Translations under genes and position numbers: made by a program
Notes under the pieces: model-generated
Told to the model about the DNA's origin: nothing
What the model saw: only the letters and a program-made list of their open reading frames with translations
The model's database searches: none
Shown: piece by piece, positions 26,014-35,800 of the stretch
Numbering within the stretch: position 1 is the first letter of the stretch
Layout of the letters: each line of letters starts with the position of its first letter
IMG/VR virus record: IMGVR_UViG_3300036713_000342
Span: 1-53,384 of that record
Source of the DNA: a virus
Taxonomy: Duplodnaviria > Caudoviricetes
Length of the DNA: 53,384 bases
Reading direction: 5' to 3' (one strand)

Positions 26014-28418
26014 AGACGTATACAGAAAAGGAAGTATCTGAGGCAACGCTTGAGTATTTTAATGGGGACTATTTGGCCGAGAACGTATTCACCACCAAAT
26101 ATGCGCTACGGGATAAAGAGGACAACTTTTATGAGTTGACGCCAGACGATATGCATCGTCGCTTAGCAAAAGAGTTCGCCAGGATTGAGCGCAACTATGA
26201 TAATCCGCTGTCTGAAGAGGAAATTTATGAATACCTAAAGCGGTTCGATTATATCGTGCCGCAGGGGTCTCCGATGTATGCCATCGGGAACGATTTTGTT
26301 CTGTCCTCAACTTCCAACTGTGTCGTGATCGATTCGCCAGAAGACAGTATGACGGGAATATTCCAGTCTGGTCTGAAGATGGCGAACCTGTTCAAGCGGC
26401 GCTGCGGCGTCGGCATTGACTTGTCTACCCTGCGATATGATGGGGCTGGCGTCAACAATGCAGCCCGCACATCCAGCGGAGCGTGGAGTTTTGCCGAGTA
26501 TTTCGCATTCATCGCTGGTAAGGTTGGACAGAATGGTCGCCGTGGCGCTGAGATGATTTCAATGGACGTGCGCCATCCCGATATCGAGAACTTTGTGGGG
26601 ATGAAGGATGACCTGAAGAAGGCTACTGGTGCGAACATGTCGGTTCGTGTGTCGGACGACTTCATGCGGGCTGTGGAGAACAAAGAAAAATTTATGCTAC
26701 AGTTCCCCGTGGACAGTGATGCCCCGACGTACACACGCGAGATCGATGCGTGCGATCTGTGGCACAAGATTGCGTACAATGCCACGTATCATGGCGAACC
26801 TGGGGTGTTGATGTGGGACAATATCACGAAGAACCTTCCAGCACACAGCTATGATGAATTTAGGACGGTGACGACGAATCCTTGCGGCGAGGTCCCATTG
26901 TCCAATGGTGATTCATGCCGCTTGATTTCCATCAATCTTAGGAATCTTGTTGACGACGCATTCACGTCTGCTGCGCTGTTTAACTATGACAGGTTCCGTG
27001 ACGTTGCATATGTCGCTACTCGTTTGGCCGATGATTTGATCGACTTGGAGCTTGAGAAGATTGACAACATTATCGACGCAATCGATGACGAGAATGAGCG
27101 ACAGATCTGGTATACGATGAGGGACATTTGCAAGCGTGGTCGACGAGTTGGTATTGGTACTCACGGGCTTGCGGACGCCCTCGCCAAGATGGGTATCAGA
27201 TATGACTCTGATGAGGCTAATGATGTTTGCGAGGACATTTACTCAATTCTGCGCAACGAGGTGTATTTGACAAGCGTGAAGCTTGCAGATGAACGCGGCA
27301 TGTTCCCAGCATTTGATTGGGATACGGAGAAGGAAAACGAATATATTTTGCGACTTCCGAGCGAGATTCGAGAGTTGATGGCAACACACGGTCGAAGGAA
27401 TATCTCGATGCTGACAAATGCGCCTACGGGGTCAGTTTCGATCGTGTCTCGGACCAGTTCTGGTATCGAACCCGTGTTCCGAAATGGGTATACTCGACGG
27501 CGTAAGTTATCACACGACGAGGCCGACATAGTACCAGATTCTATTGATGAAAATGGTGAAAAATGGATACACTTTGATGTACGGCACCACAATGTCGAGG
27601 AGTACCTGAATACGACAGGTGAGACTGAAATACCGTCGTTTTTTGTGACGAGTGACGACATCGACTGGAAGAACCGCGTCCGTCTCCAAGCCACCATTCA
27701 GAAGAACGTGGACCATTCTATTTCGTCTACAATCAACCTCCCCAAGGGGACATCTGAAGACGTGGTTGCTGAGCTATATATGCTTGGGTGGAAGCTGGGG
27801 CTCAAGGGGATCACGGTCTATGTTGATGGAAGTCGCGAAGGTGTGTTGATCAGCAACGATGCCGCCTTCACCGAGAGGGAGGGTCCACCTCGCCCACAAG
27901 AGCTTGAGTGTGAAATTCACCGTCCGACGATCAAGGGCGAGGGTTGGGTTGTGTTGGTCGGTGTGATGGATGGTAGGCCATACGAGGTGTTCGCTGGCCG
28001 AGCCAGTAAGATCGAGTTACCAAAGAAGTTCACCCGTGGTAGGATTACGAAGAGAGCAAGGAAAACAATGCCAAACCTCTACGACCTTTACCTGGGCTAT
28101 GACGATGACGAGTTGGTTGTGAAGGATATCGTTGATGTGTTCGATAATCCGAACAACGCGGTGATGACACGTATGATGTCGTTGTCGCTCCGTCAGGGAG
28201 CAGCCGTGGCCGACATCGTCGAGCAGTTACAGAAGGATACGGATAACGACTTCACTAGCTTCAGCAAGGTCGTGGCGCGTACGCTCAAGAAGTTCATCCC
28301 CAATGGGACTAAGGTGAACGGCGGCAAGAAGTGCCCGTCGTGCGGAGCGGAGAACAGTTTGATCCATTCCGACGGGTGTATCACATGCACGGCCTGTGTT
28401 TGGAGCAAGTGTGGATAG
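26010..28418 (+). CDS. nrdJ: Class II (adenosylcobalamin-dependent) ribonucleotide reductase
   Basis: SNCVV, TNPCGE, NAPTGS.S, SSGIEP, SISSTIN, KGITVY; C-terminal TSCPD-like region and CPSC...CTAC zinc ribbon; no beta subunit adjacent. Confidence 0.88.
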   Translation: MKTYTEKEVSEATLEYFNGDYLAENVFTTKYALRDKEDNFYELTPDDMHRRLAKEFARIERNYDNPLSEEEIYEYLKRFDYIVPQGSPMYAIGNDFVLSSTSNCVVIDSPEDSMTGIFQSGLKMANLFKRRCGVGIDLSTLRYDGAGVNNAARTSSGAWSFAEYFAFIAGKVGQNGRRGAEMISMDVRHPDIENFVGMKDDLKKATGANMSVRVSDDFMRAVENKEKFMLQFPVDSDAPTYTREIDACDLWHKIAYNATYHGEPGVLMWDNITKNLPAHSYDEFRTVTTNPCGEVPLSNGDSCRLISINLRNLVDDAFTSAALFNYDRFRDVAYVATRLADDLIDLELEKIDNIIDAIDDENERQIWYTMRDICKRGRRVGIGTHGLADALAKMGIRYDSDEANDVCEDIYSILRNEVYLTSVKLADERGMFPAFDWDTEKENEYILRLPSEIRELMATHGRRNISMLTNAPTGSVSIVSRTSSGIEPVFRNGYTRRRKLSHDEADIVPDSIDENGEKWIHFDVRHHNVEEYLNTTGETEIPSFFVTSDDIDWKNRVRLQATIQKNVDHSISSTINLPKGTSEDVVAELYMLGWKLGLKGITVYVDGSREGVLISNDAAFTEREGPPRPQELECEIHRPTIKGEGWVVLVGVMDGRPYEVFAGRASKIELPKKFTRGRITKRARKTMPNLYDLYLGYDDDELVVKDIVDVFDNPNNAVMTRMMSLSLRQGAAVADIVEQLQKDTDNDFTSFSKVVARTLKKFIPNGTKVNGGKKCPSCGAENSLIHSDGCITCTACVWSKCG

Positions 28419-28746
28419 TCTACAAAAATATATCTCTGGTATTCACGAGTTCGAAGCATATCCAGGGAAGGTATATTTTGTTCAACTGGGTCGACCGAAT
28501 GGATGTTTACCGCCAGAACATGAATCAAAAGTGCAGAGACAAGTAGTAGAGATGCTCAAAGAGGCATGGCCAGATAGTACCTTTATTGTGTACTATGGTG
28601 ACTACTTCGACAACATCATGGACGGGCATAAGAAGTTTGAGGATGTAAATACATATGATTGGTCAACGGCAATAGCGATGCGAGAAGCGCATAAGGTCTG
28701 GATGTTGCTTCTGGAAAAGCGTATTGAACATCTGGAGGGCAAGTAA
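28411..28746 (+). CDS. Hypothetical protein
   Basis: GTG 28411 with SD ggag preferred over 28396; fills the gap to the HIT gene. Confidence 0.6.
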   Translation: MDSLQKYISGIHEFEAYPGKVYFVQLGRPNGCLPPEHESKVQRQVVEMLKEAWPDSTFIVYYGDYFDNIMDGHKKFEDVNTYDWSTAIAMREAHKVWMLLLEKRIEHLEGK

Positions 28747-29123
28747 TGTGTTTGTTCTGCAACGAAGAGGCGATGAAGGACAGGACTATCAGGACGAATA
28801 CGCATGCGTACGTTATCCGCGATGGATTCCCCGTGACACCAGGTCACACCCTGATCATCCCATTCCGACATATTGCCTCGTGGTCTGAAGCGACAGACGA
28901 AGAACGGCATTCGATTATGCTGCTCATTGATGAAGCGCGTGCGGAATTACTGTTGACACATCAACCACAAGGATTCAATATTGGGATCAACGAGGGCGTT
29001 GCCGCTGGGCAGACAATACCGCACCTCCACGTCCATCTCATTCCCAGATACGACGGCGATGTGGAAGATCCTACTGGTGGTGTGCGGCATGTAATACCAG
29101 ATAAGGCTAATTATCGTAGGTGA
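28746..29123 (+). CDS. HIT-family nucleotide hydrolase
   Basis: CLFC, FPVTPGHTLIIP, AAGQTIPHLHVHLIPR. Confidence 0.95.
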   Translation: MCLFCNEEAMKDRTIRTNTHAYVIRDGFPVTPGHTLIIPFRHIASWSEATDEERHSIMLLIDEARAELLLTHQPQGFNIGINEGVAAGQTIPHLHVHLIPRYDGDVEDPTGGVRHVIPDKANYRR

Positions 29124-29230
29124 GAAAGAGTGACCGAGATAAGATACTGCGCGCCGTGGCGATGTTTATTGCCTCTGTTATTGGCGTCTTGTTCTTTGCT
29201 TTTGTAGCCTACGTATTGATTGTCGGGTAA
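29120..29230 (+). CDS. Small membrane protein, 36 aa (not in ORF track)
   Basis: MRKSDRDKILRAVAMFIASVIGVLFFAFVAYVLIVG; GTGA overlap with the HIT stop. Confidence 0.55.
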   Translation: MRKSDRDKILRAVAMFIASVIGVLFFAFVAYVLIVG

Positions 29231-29317
29231 CGAGATGGGTGACATCAGCAGTTAGTTCAATTATGTTCGCCGCGCTACTGATTTTGTTTGCGACTGTTAT
29301 AAGGAAGATGACCAAAA

Positions 29318-29833
29318 ATGAGAAAACTAGAGAGAAAAGACATAAAGGTTCTAGTCGAACAGACTCTAAACGAAACTAGCTTCAACAGGGTTAAAGACCA
29401 TATTGAGAAGAATGGTGTTCCGTTTGTGATGATCTCCGCGGCGAGAGGAGGGAGATCGAGGAAAGAAAACAACAGGAACTTGTCGAGGATGAAGCAGGTT
29501 TATGACACTGCTGGTTTCTCATATATCCGGATGCCTGGGAGCGGCGGTACAGAAGATGGCGTCACAACGATAGAAGATTCCATTTTGGTTTACGACCTAC
29601 CTCGTCCCGATCAAGAGAGGTCTGGGGTGTCATTGTTCGAACTTAGTAAGAAATTGGCGAAAGTATTTGAACAAGAGTGGCTCGTTTACGGAGACGGTCA
29701 AAGCGCCCGCGGATATGATTCAGACGGGAACGTGATTGATTGGGCTGGACCGTGGTCTACTCTGACGGTGGCCGCAGAAGATGCTGAATTTTGGTCAATG
29801 ATCAATGGTCATAAAGGAAAGTTGGTCACCTAG
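29318..29833 (+). CDS. Conserved phage protein (DUF3293-like) with head-protein-type N-terminus
   Basis: ISAAR...ENNRN...EDSILV...FEQEW; N-terminal DIKVLVEQTLNE. Confidence 0.55.
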   Translation: MRKLERKDIKVLVEQTLNETSFNRVKDHIEKNGVPFVMISAARGGRSRKENNRNLSRMKQVYDTAGFSYIRMPGSGGTEDGVTTIEDSILVYDLPRPDQERSGVSLFELSKKLAKVFEQEWLVYGDGQSARGYDSDGNVIDWAGPWSTLTVAAEDAEFWSMINGHKGKLVT

Positions 29834-29882
29834 GTTAACACCCCTCTACAACTTTGGTATACCTATAACGTGAGGTACAGGA

Positions 29883-30125
29883 ATGTCTGGAATAACATAC
29901 AACTATATGATCCCCAACGATATACTCGAAAGCGAGCTTTGCGCCTTATCGCCGACAGGGAAACGACGGCACATCTTTGTGCTCTCGGGATACACAGAAT
30001 CGATCCCAGGGAACAGAGACGAGATCAAGGTACAGTTCTGTTGCAAGCGCAAGGGATGTACTTTCATGACGTGGGTTTTCATGAATAAGAGCACGTACGA
30101 TAATTTGCAGGTGTCTGATGAGTAA
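29883..30125 (+). CDS. Small Cys/His protein
   Basis: SD gagg/agga; C...H...CCKRKGC. Confidence 0.6.
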   Translation: MSGITYNYMIPNDILESELCALSPTGKRRHIFVLSGYTESIPGNRDEIKVQFCCKRKGCTFMTWVFMNKSTYDNLQVSDE

Positions 30126-30552
30126 GACAGTTCGTGGATATATTTTGTTGTCTCGCGGGAAATTCGTCGGGTGGTTCAAACACGAAGAAGTCGTGATGGA
30201 AGTGGCGAAGACGATAGTTTATCAATACATTGATCGCCACCACCAGGGTGTTGCTCCGAAGCGGACTACGGTGAAGATTAGAGATCATATCGAATTGCAG
30301 GCGTATAAGGTTAATGATATCGGCGTATTAACCTTCCCTCTTGATGAGTGGTTCGAAGAGTTCAACAACATCAGAGAAGTAAAAGATCCAGTGGATATCA
30401 AGTTTGAGAACGCGCAACGATTGGCACAATATCCAATGGCCATCAAGGCATTGAAAATACTTCTGGACGATATAGACAACGATCCAGATGGATTGATAGC
30501 TTCGAAACATTTTGCAAAAAATATTATCGATAATGCTATCATCGATGAATAA
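30118..30552 (+). CDS. Hypothetical protein
   Basis: Overlaps the upstream stop; in operon. Confidence 0.65.
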   Translation: MSKTVRGYILLSRGKFVGWFKHEEVVMEVAKTIVYQYIDRHHQGVAPKRTTVKIRDHIELQAYKVNDIGVLTFPLDEWFEEFNNIREVKDPVDIKFENAQRLAQYPMAIKALKILLDDIDNDPDGLIASKHFAKNIIDNAIIDE

Positions 30553-30566
30553 ACTAGGAGGTTAGA

Positions 30567-30833
30567 ATGTCTAAAGAACAAGAGATGAGTGAGCAAGAGA
30601 AAGAGCAGAAGATTCGTGAGTTCGTTGAAGCATACGCCGCTATTGATGAGGCACTCAAGCCTTATCGCGAGGCTCGGGCTGATCTGAAGAAGAACTATGT
30701 TGAAAACGGTTGGCTTGAGAAGGAAGATCTTTCTATGATTGCCAAGGCGTACCGCCTGGCGAAGGACAAGACCGACATGGACCAACTGCTCGATTATCTC
30801 AACGTCATCAAGGACAAAGTACCAGGAGATTGA
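30567..30833 (+). CDS. Small helical dsDNA-binding protein (GapR/T4 DsbA-like)
   Basis: IREFVEAY..IDEALKPYREARADLKK...IAKAYRLAK; SD aggagg. Confidence 0.6.
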   Translation: MSKEQEMSEQEKEQKIREFVEAYAAIDEALKPYREARADLKKNYVENGWLEKEDLSMIAKAYRLAKDKTDMDQLLDYLNVIKDKVPGD

Positions 30834-30834
30834 T

Positions 30835-31119
30835 ATGTTGAAGAGGTTTGTTGTTTTGTTGTCTGCGGCTGCTCTATTGAGCATGCCATTGGGTTGCACG
30901 ATTATCGTGCGACAAGCTCCAGTTCATACTGTGGAGCACGTGTACCACCATGGGTGTCATCACGGGTGCCACAGTCATCATGGAGTGGTAGTCCACCACC
31001 ACGGATGCCAGCACTACAACGTTCACAAACCCCCCAAGCATCCTAAACCACCCAAGCACAAGCCACCGAAGCACAAGAAGCACAAGCGGACAAAGAAGCA
31101 TCGGCACCATCGCCGATAG
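30835..31119 (+). CDS. His/Lys/Pro-rich putative lipoprotein
   Basis: MLKRFVVLLSAAALLSMPLG-C lipobox, HHGC repeats, then KPPKH repeats; SD aggag. Confidence 0.7.
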   Translation: MLKRFVVLLSAAALLSMPLGCTIIVRQAPVHTVEHVYHHGCHHGCHSHHGVVVHHHGCQHYNVHKPPKHPKPPKHKPPKHKKHKRTKKHRHHRR

Positions 31120-31176
31120 AACGGCACTACAATACCAACGTTTCGCAATAACCACTTCAGGTGGCCCGAGCTTGTT

Positions 31177-31908
31177 GTGGGTGGGAGTTGGAAGGCGTTT
31201 GAATATGCCCTATTCCACGACATACCGATGGTGTACACCTATCTCGATAGGCCATACTGGTTTCTATATCCAGAAGCGGACGAGATGTTCTATCATGTGA
31301 TGTTCTCCGCAAGTTATCGAGGACTCCACCCATTCCCTGGAGAGGTAGAAAACATTGTTGTCGATTACGTGAACAAAACCGTGAAGGTTAAACACAAAAG
31401 CACCATGTATCATATCGAATATGGTAAGCTGCACGTGTTTGATGATGACGAGAACCACGCGATCTCTGGGCTTCCGATGCCAATCGAACGCACCTCGACC
31501 AGATGTGAGGTATGGGACTGGTGGGACGCAAAGTCTTGCAACCTTCACGAGGTAGACTATATAGAAGACCCAGAATCAGATTTTGTGAAGCATGTGTACT
31601 TCTACCAAACTCTTCGCAGAGGAAGCCTCAGCGTGAAGGTGAAGGATCTGGTTTCGGTGTCATATCTCGACGAATCTGAGCTTGTGGACGACGATTTCTC
31701 TGAGATCAACGCACGATTTAAGACTATCGAGATGATGGGGTGGCATGACATCAAAGGCTCAGTAAAGCGCCCAGGATATAGAGGGAGAGTAAACCTGCTA
31801 TTCGACTTCAGAGACGTTAACAGGCTGGGTGTTAATCGGTATGATGACCTTGATGGTGTGGAGTTTCATCTAAGTGCAAAAAGCAGAGCAATACACGGGA
31901 CAAAATAA
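31177..31908 (+). CDS. Hypothetical protein with degenerate Rossmann-like N-terminus (start uncertain)
   Basis: In-frame upstream sequence gives PELVVGGSWKAFEYA, so the real start may precede GTG 31177. Confidence 0.6.
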   Translation: MGGSWKAFEYALFHDIPMVYTYLDRPYWFLYPEADEMFYHVMFSASYRGLHPFPGEVENIVVDYVNKTVKVKHKSTMYHIEYGKLHVFDDDENHAISGLPMPIERTSTRCEVWDWWDAKSCNLHEVDYIEDPESDFVKHVYFYQTLRRGSLSVKVKDLVSVSYLDESELVDDDFSEINARFKTIEMMGWHDIKGSVKRPGYRGRVNLLFDFRDVNRLGVNRYDDLDGVEFHLSAKSRAIHGTK

Positions 31909-32854
31909 AATAGTTGACTTGAGCGATGTCACTGAGTCATACTGGACTCACGATCATGTTGTTGGCATCGTTCCTATCGTGGATCTACCAGATGAAGACT
32001 TCGGATTCTGGTGGCACCCGTCACTGATACCAGTTGGGAAGAACTTCTATGCCATTCAGAAGTCGGTGATGGAGTGTGTACATGCTGGGTGTTCGACGAT
32101 TTGGATCGTCGGGCATCGAGAGCACCAACAAATCATTCGTCGGTCTGTTGGCGATTTCGTGTACAGCACAACTCATATCATCAAAGAGCAGAGACGTGAG
32201 GACTTTGCAAAGCGTCTTGGGAAGTATGGCAAGAGGCACATGATCCACGAGATACCGATATACTACGTTCCAGTGCATCCGTCGGATCGAGACAGGAACG
32301 AAAGTTTGGGATACAGCATCATCTATGGAGCGGCTACGGCGTTTGATCTTGGGATGGTGATGTCGAAGTGGTTGCTCCCGAAGAGGTTTTACGTGTCGTT
32401 CCCGTGTTCGGTGTATGATTACGAGGGTTTGCTGCGAAGAAAGTTCCGCAAGAGCAAGGCAAACGAAAACTTTTACTTGACATACGACGGGAAAACTGTT
32501 AAAAACGATGAGTACCTTGGGTTCTCCTTTACCTTCAAGGATTTAAGAAACGTCTATTGGCACTATAAGAAGAAGCGCAAGGGTAAGTGGAAGGGCAAAC
32601 ACGATAAGTGGCCTATCGAGGAGCGATGGAACGCTCGTGACTTCACGCTGAGTGATTTTTTCGAGGTACTCCCCCTAGAAGGCACCGCACTAGAACTTGA
32701 TGAATATTACGACATAAGTACCTGGGAAGGGTACACGAGATACATGGGTTCTGACTTGGCACGTCGTCTCAAAAAGCCACAGTACATGAAATACAAAGAA
32801 GCCTGGGGGCTCGTTGACCTAGACCACGGCGTGGCACCCCTGGATGATAAATAG
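31874..32854 (+). CDS. Divergent sugar-phosphate nucleotidyltransferase-like (GT-A fold) protein
   Basis: VVGIVP...PSLIPVG...AIQKSVMECVHAGCSTIWIV...YYDISTWEGY follows the NTP-transferase layout, but the GxGTR motif is missing. Confidence 0.55.
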   Translation: MQKAEQYTGQNKIVDLSDVTESYWTHDHVVGIVPIVDLPDEDFGFWWHPSLIPVGKNFYAIQKSVMECVHAGCSTIWIVGHREHQQIIRRSVGDFVYSTTHIIKEQRREDFAKRLGKYGKRHMIHEIPIYYVPVHPSDRDRNESLGYSIIYGAATAFDLGMVMSKWLLPKRFYVSFPCSVYDYEGLLRRKFRKSKANENFYLTYDGKTVKNDEYLGFSFTFKDLRNVYWHYKKKRKGKWKGKHDKWPIEERWNARDFTLSDFFEVLPLEGTALELDEYYDISTWEGYTRYMGSDLARRLKKPQYMKYKEAWGLVDLDHGVAPLDDK

Positions 32855-32862
32855 GAGAAAGC

Positions 32863-35800
32863 ATGGTTGATAGAAAGACGCCGAAGATTCCGTTCGTTAA
32901 CTTGCACGCACACGATGTTGGCAGTATCAATGATGGGTTTGGTTACGTTCCAGATCATCTCGATTTCGTATACGAAAATGGACTCGACGCCCATGCCCTT
33001 ACCAACCACGGGAACATGAACACCATGTCTTATCAGGTGCTACATTCCAAGAAGATGGAAAAGGACGGGCGCCTGGTCAAACCAATCTACGGTGTTGAAG
33101 CATATTTCATTCCGTCAATCGAGGAGTGGAAAAAGCAACAGGCAGAGATCCAAGACAACAAGAAGAAAAAGAAGGCAGATGGTAACGACGAAGGTATCTT
33201 CATTGAAGATGAAACGAAAAGATTCGCGAAGAACGTACTGAATCGCAGGAATCACTTGGTTCTCCTGGCTCAGAACCAGCAAGGATTGTACGACTTGTAC
33301 AAGATGGTATCAGAGTCGTACAACAAGCCAAACTTCTATAGGTTTCCCAGGATTGACTTTGAGGTTCTCGAACGCCTAGGAGCTAATCTGATCGCCACGA
33401 GCGCCTGTCTGGGGGGTGTGCTTGCCGAACACTACTGGCGCAAGCGAGAAGACGGCAGAGACGCTGTGATGGCCGATATGCGAGATACGAATGCGCGTAT
33501 GGTGGAGATCTTTGGGGATCGGTGGTACCTGGAGCTACAGTGGAACAAGATTCCAGAGCAACACGAGCTAAATCAGTATATCATCGACCTATCAAAGGAG
33601 ACAGGTGTCCCACTGGTCTCCACGGTTGATTGCCACTACCCACGTCCTGAGATGTGGAAGGAACGCGTCATGTACAACCGCCTAGGTTGGTTGAGCCAGA
33701 AGACCGCTGGTGAGCCGTTGCCAGCGAGCAGAGACGAACTCATGTACGAGCTATATCCGAAGAACGGGGATGAGGTTTGGGAGTCGTTCCTATCTTATGC
33801 CGCCGAGGCAGGGGTGAAGTACGATGAAGGCTTGGTTCGCGAATCGATCGAGAGGACACATCAGATTGCTCACGAGAGGATTGAAAGTTTTTACCCCGAT
33901 ACCACCGTACGCCTACCAGACTTTGTTGTCCCCGAGGGGAAGACGGCAGACGTGGCGTTGGCTGACATTTGTGCCGAGCGTATGGCCGAGCGTGGATTGG
34001 ACCAGCGGGATGGGTATCAGGAGAGACTGGAATATGAGCTTGATGTGATATCCACACGAGGGTTTAGCAAATATTTCTTGACCACCATCGCTATCACGGA
34101 CAGAGCGAACGAGATGATGCTGATGGGGCCAGGCCGAGGATCTGGTGGCGGTTCGCTGGTAGCATATGTTCTAGGTATCACACACATCGACCCAATCAAG
34201 TGGGGTCTACAGTTCGAGCGGTTCATGACGAAGAAGGGATCGGGCTACCCAGATATTGACCTTGACTTCAGCCATCCTACTGAGCTTAAAGACGCCCTCA
34301 TCGACGAGTGGGGCGACGACACGGTAGTTCGTATCACCAACTATGGTACGTTGCAGCCGAGCAGCCTAATCAAAGACATCTCAAAGTTCCACGATGTTCC
34401 GTTCATGGAAGTCAACAGCGTGACAAGGAAGATGGGGTTTGAGGCTAAGTCTGGTATCAAAAAGGAACGTGGTATTGATGCTGGTTTCGTCAATCCAACC
34501 TACGACGAGTTGATGCGCCATAGCCCGACGCTAGTAAACTTCTTTAGGAAGTACCCCAAGGTTCAGGAACATGTCGACAAGCTCATTGGGCAGATGCGAT
34601 CGATCAGCGTTCACGCTGGTGGCGTGCTGGTCCAGGAGAATCTTAACGAGTACATGCCGCTGATTCGAACCTACGGCAAAGGCACGAGTAAGAGACAGAC
34701 TCCGTGGTCCGAGGGACAGAACGTGCGACACCTTGAACCCATGGGGTTTATCAAGTTTGACCTGTTGGGGTTGAAGACTCTGCTGATGATCGACGGCGCC
34801 ATCCGTAAGATTCTGAAGAGACAAGGGAATAAAAACCCAACATTCAAGGACGTGAAGGCTTTCTATAACCAACACCTACATCCAGATGTGATTGACTTCG
34901 ATGACCAAGAGGTGTATAAGGATATATTCCACGAAGGTCGGTGGCCCGGGATCTTCCAGTTCGCAGAAAAGGGCATGCAGCGTTTCTGCATGAACGCTAC
35001 GCCGCACAGCCTAATCGACCTGACTGCGGTGACCAGCATCTATCGTCCTGGCCCTCTCAACTCAAAGATTGATAAGAAGTACGTGAGGGCTAAGAATGAT
35101 CCAAGTTTGGTAGAGTATATCCACCCGTCGGTGGAACAGATGACCAAAGAGAGCTATGGCTTCATCGTGTGGCAGGAACAGATTGCGTCTGTTGTGTCGG
35201 AGCTAGGCAGGGATGTATCTTTGGACGACGGCAATAAGTTCCGCAAGGTGCTGACCAAGAAGGGGTTGCCACGGGAGGTGGAAGCGGAGAAAGAGCGCAT
35301 CAAATCTCAGTTCCGTCTCGGTTGTGCCGACCACGGCATCTCAGAGGCGTCGGCAGATAAGATTTTGAATGAGCTAGAGTTCCACTCCAAGTATTCATTT
35401 AACAGATCACACGCTCTGGCGTACAGTGCGGTATCGTTCCAGTGTGCTTGGTTGGCTCACTACTATCCGACAGAGTGGATGGCAGCATACCTGGACAAGG
35501 AAGATAAGAAGAAGGAAAAGGCGCTGTCCGTGGCTCGTTCGTCTGGTTACGAGATCGCCAACGTCAACATCAATGATTCAGATTTATCGTGGACCATCTC
35601 TAATACAAACGACAACACGCTGGTTCAGCCACTTATTGCGGTGAAGGGCATGGGTCCAGCCGCCATCGAGGAGATCCTGGAGCATCGTCCGTTCACGTGC
35701 ATTGAGGACATCTTGTTTGGTGAGGGAGTGGTCCGCCGCAAGCTCAACAAGAAAGCGCTTGATGTGCTGTGCAGGTGTGGCGCTCTTGACGACCTGATTG

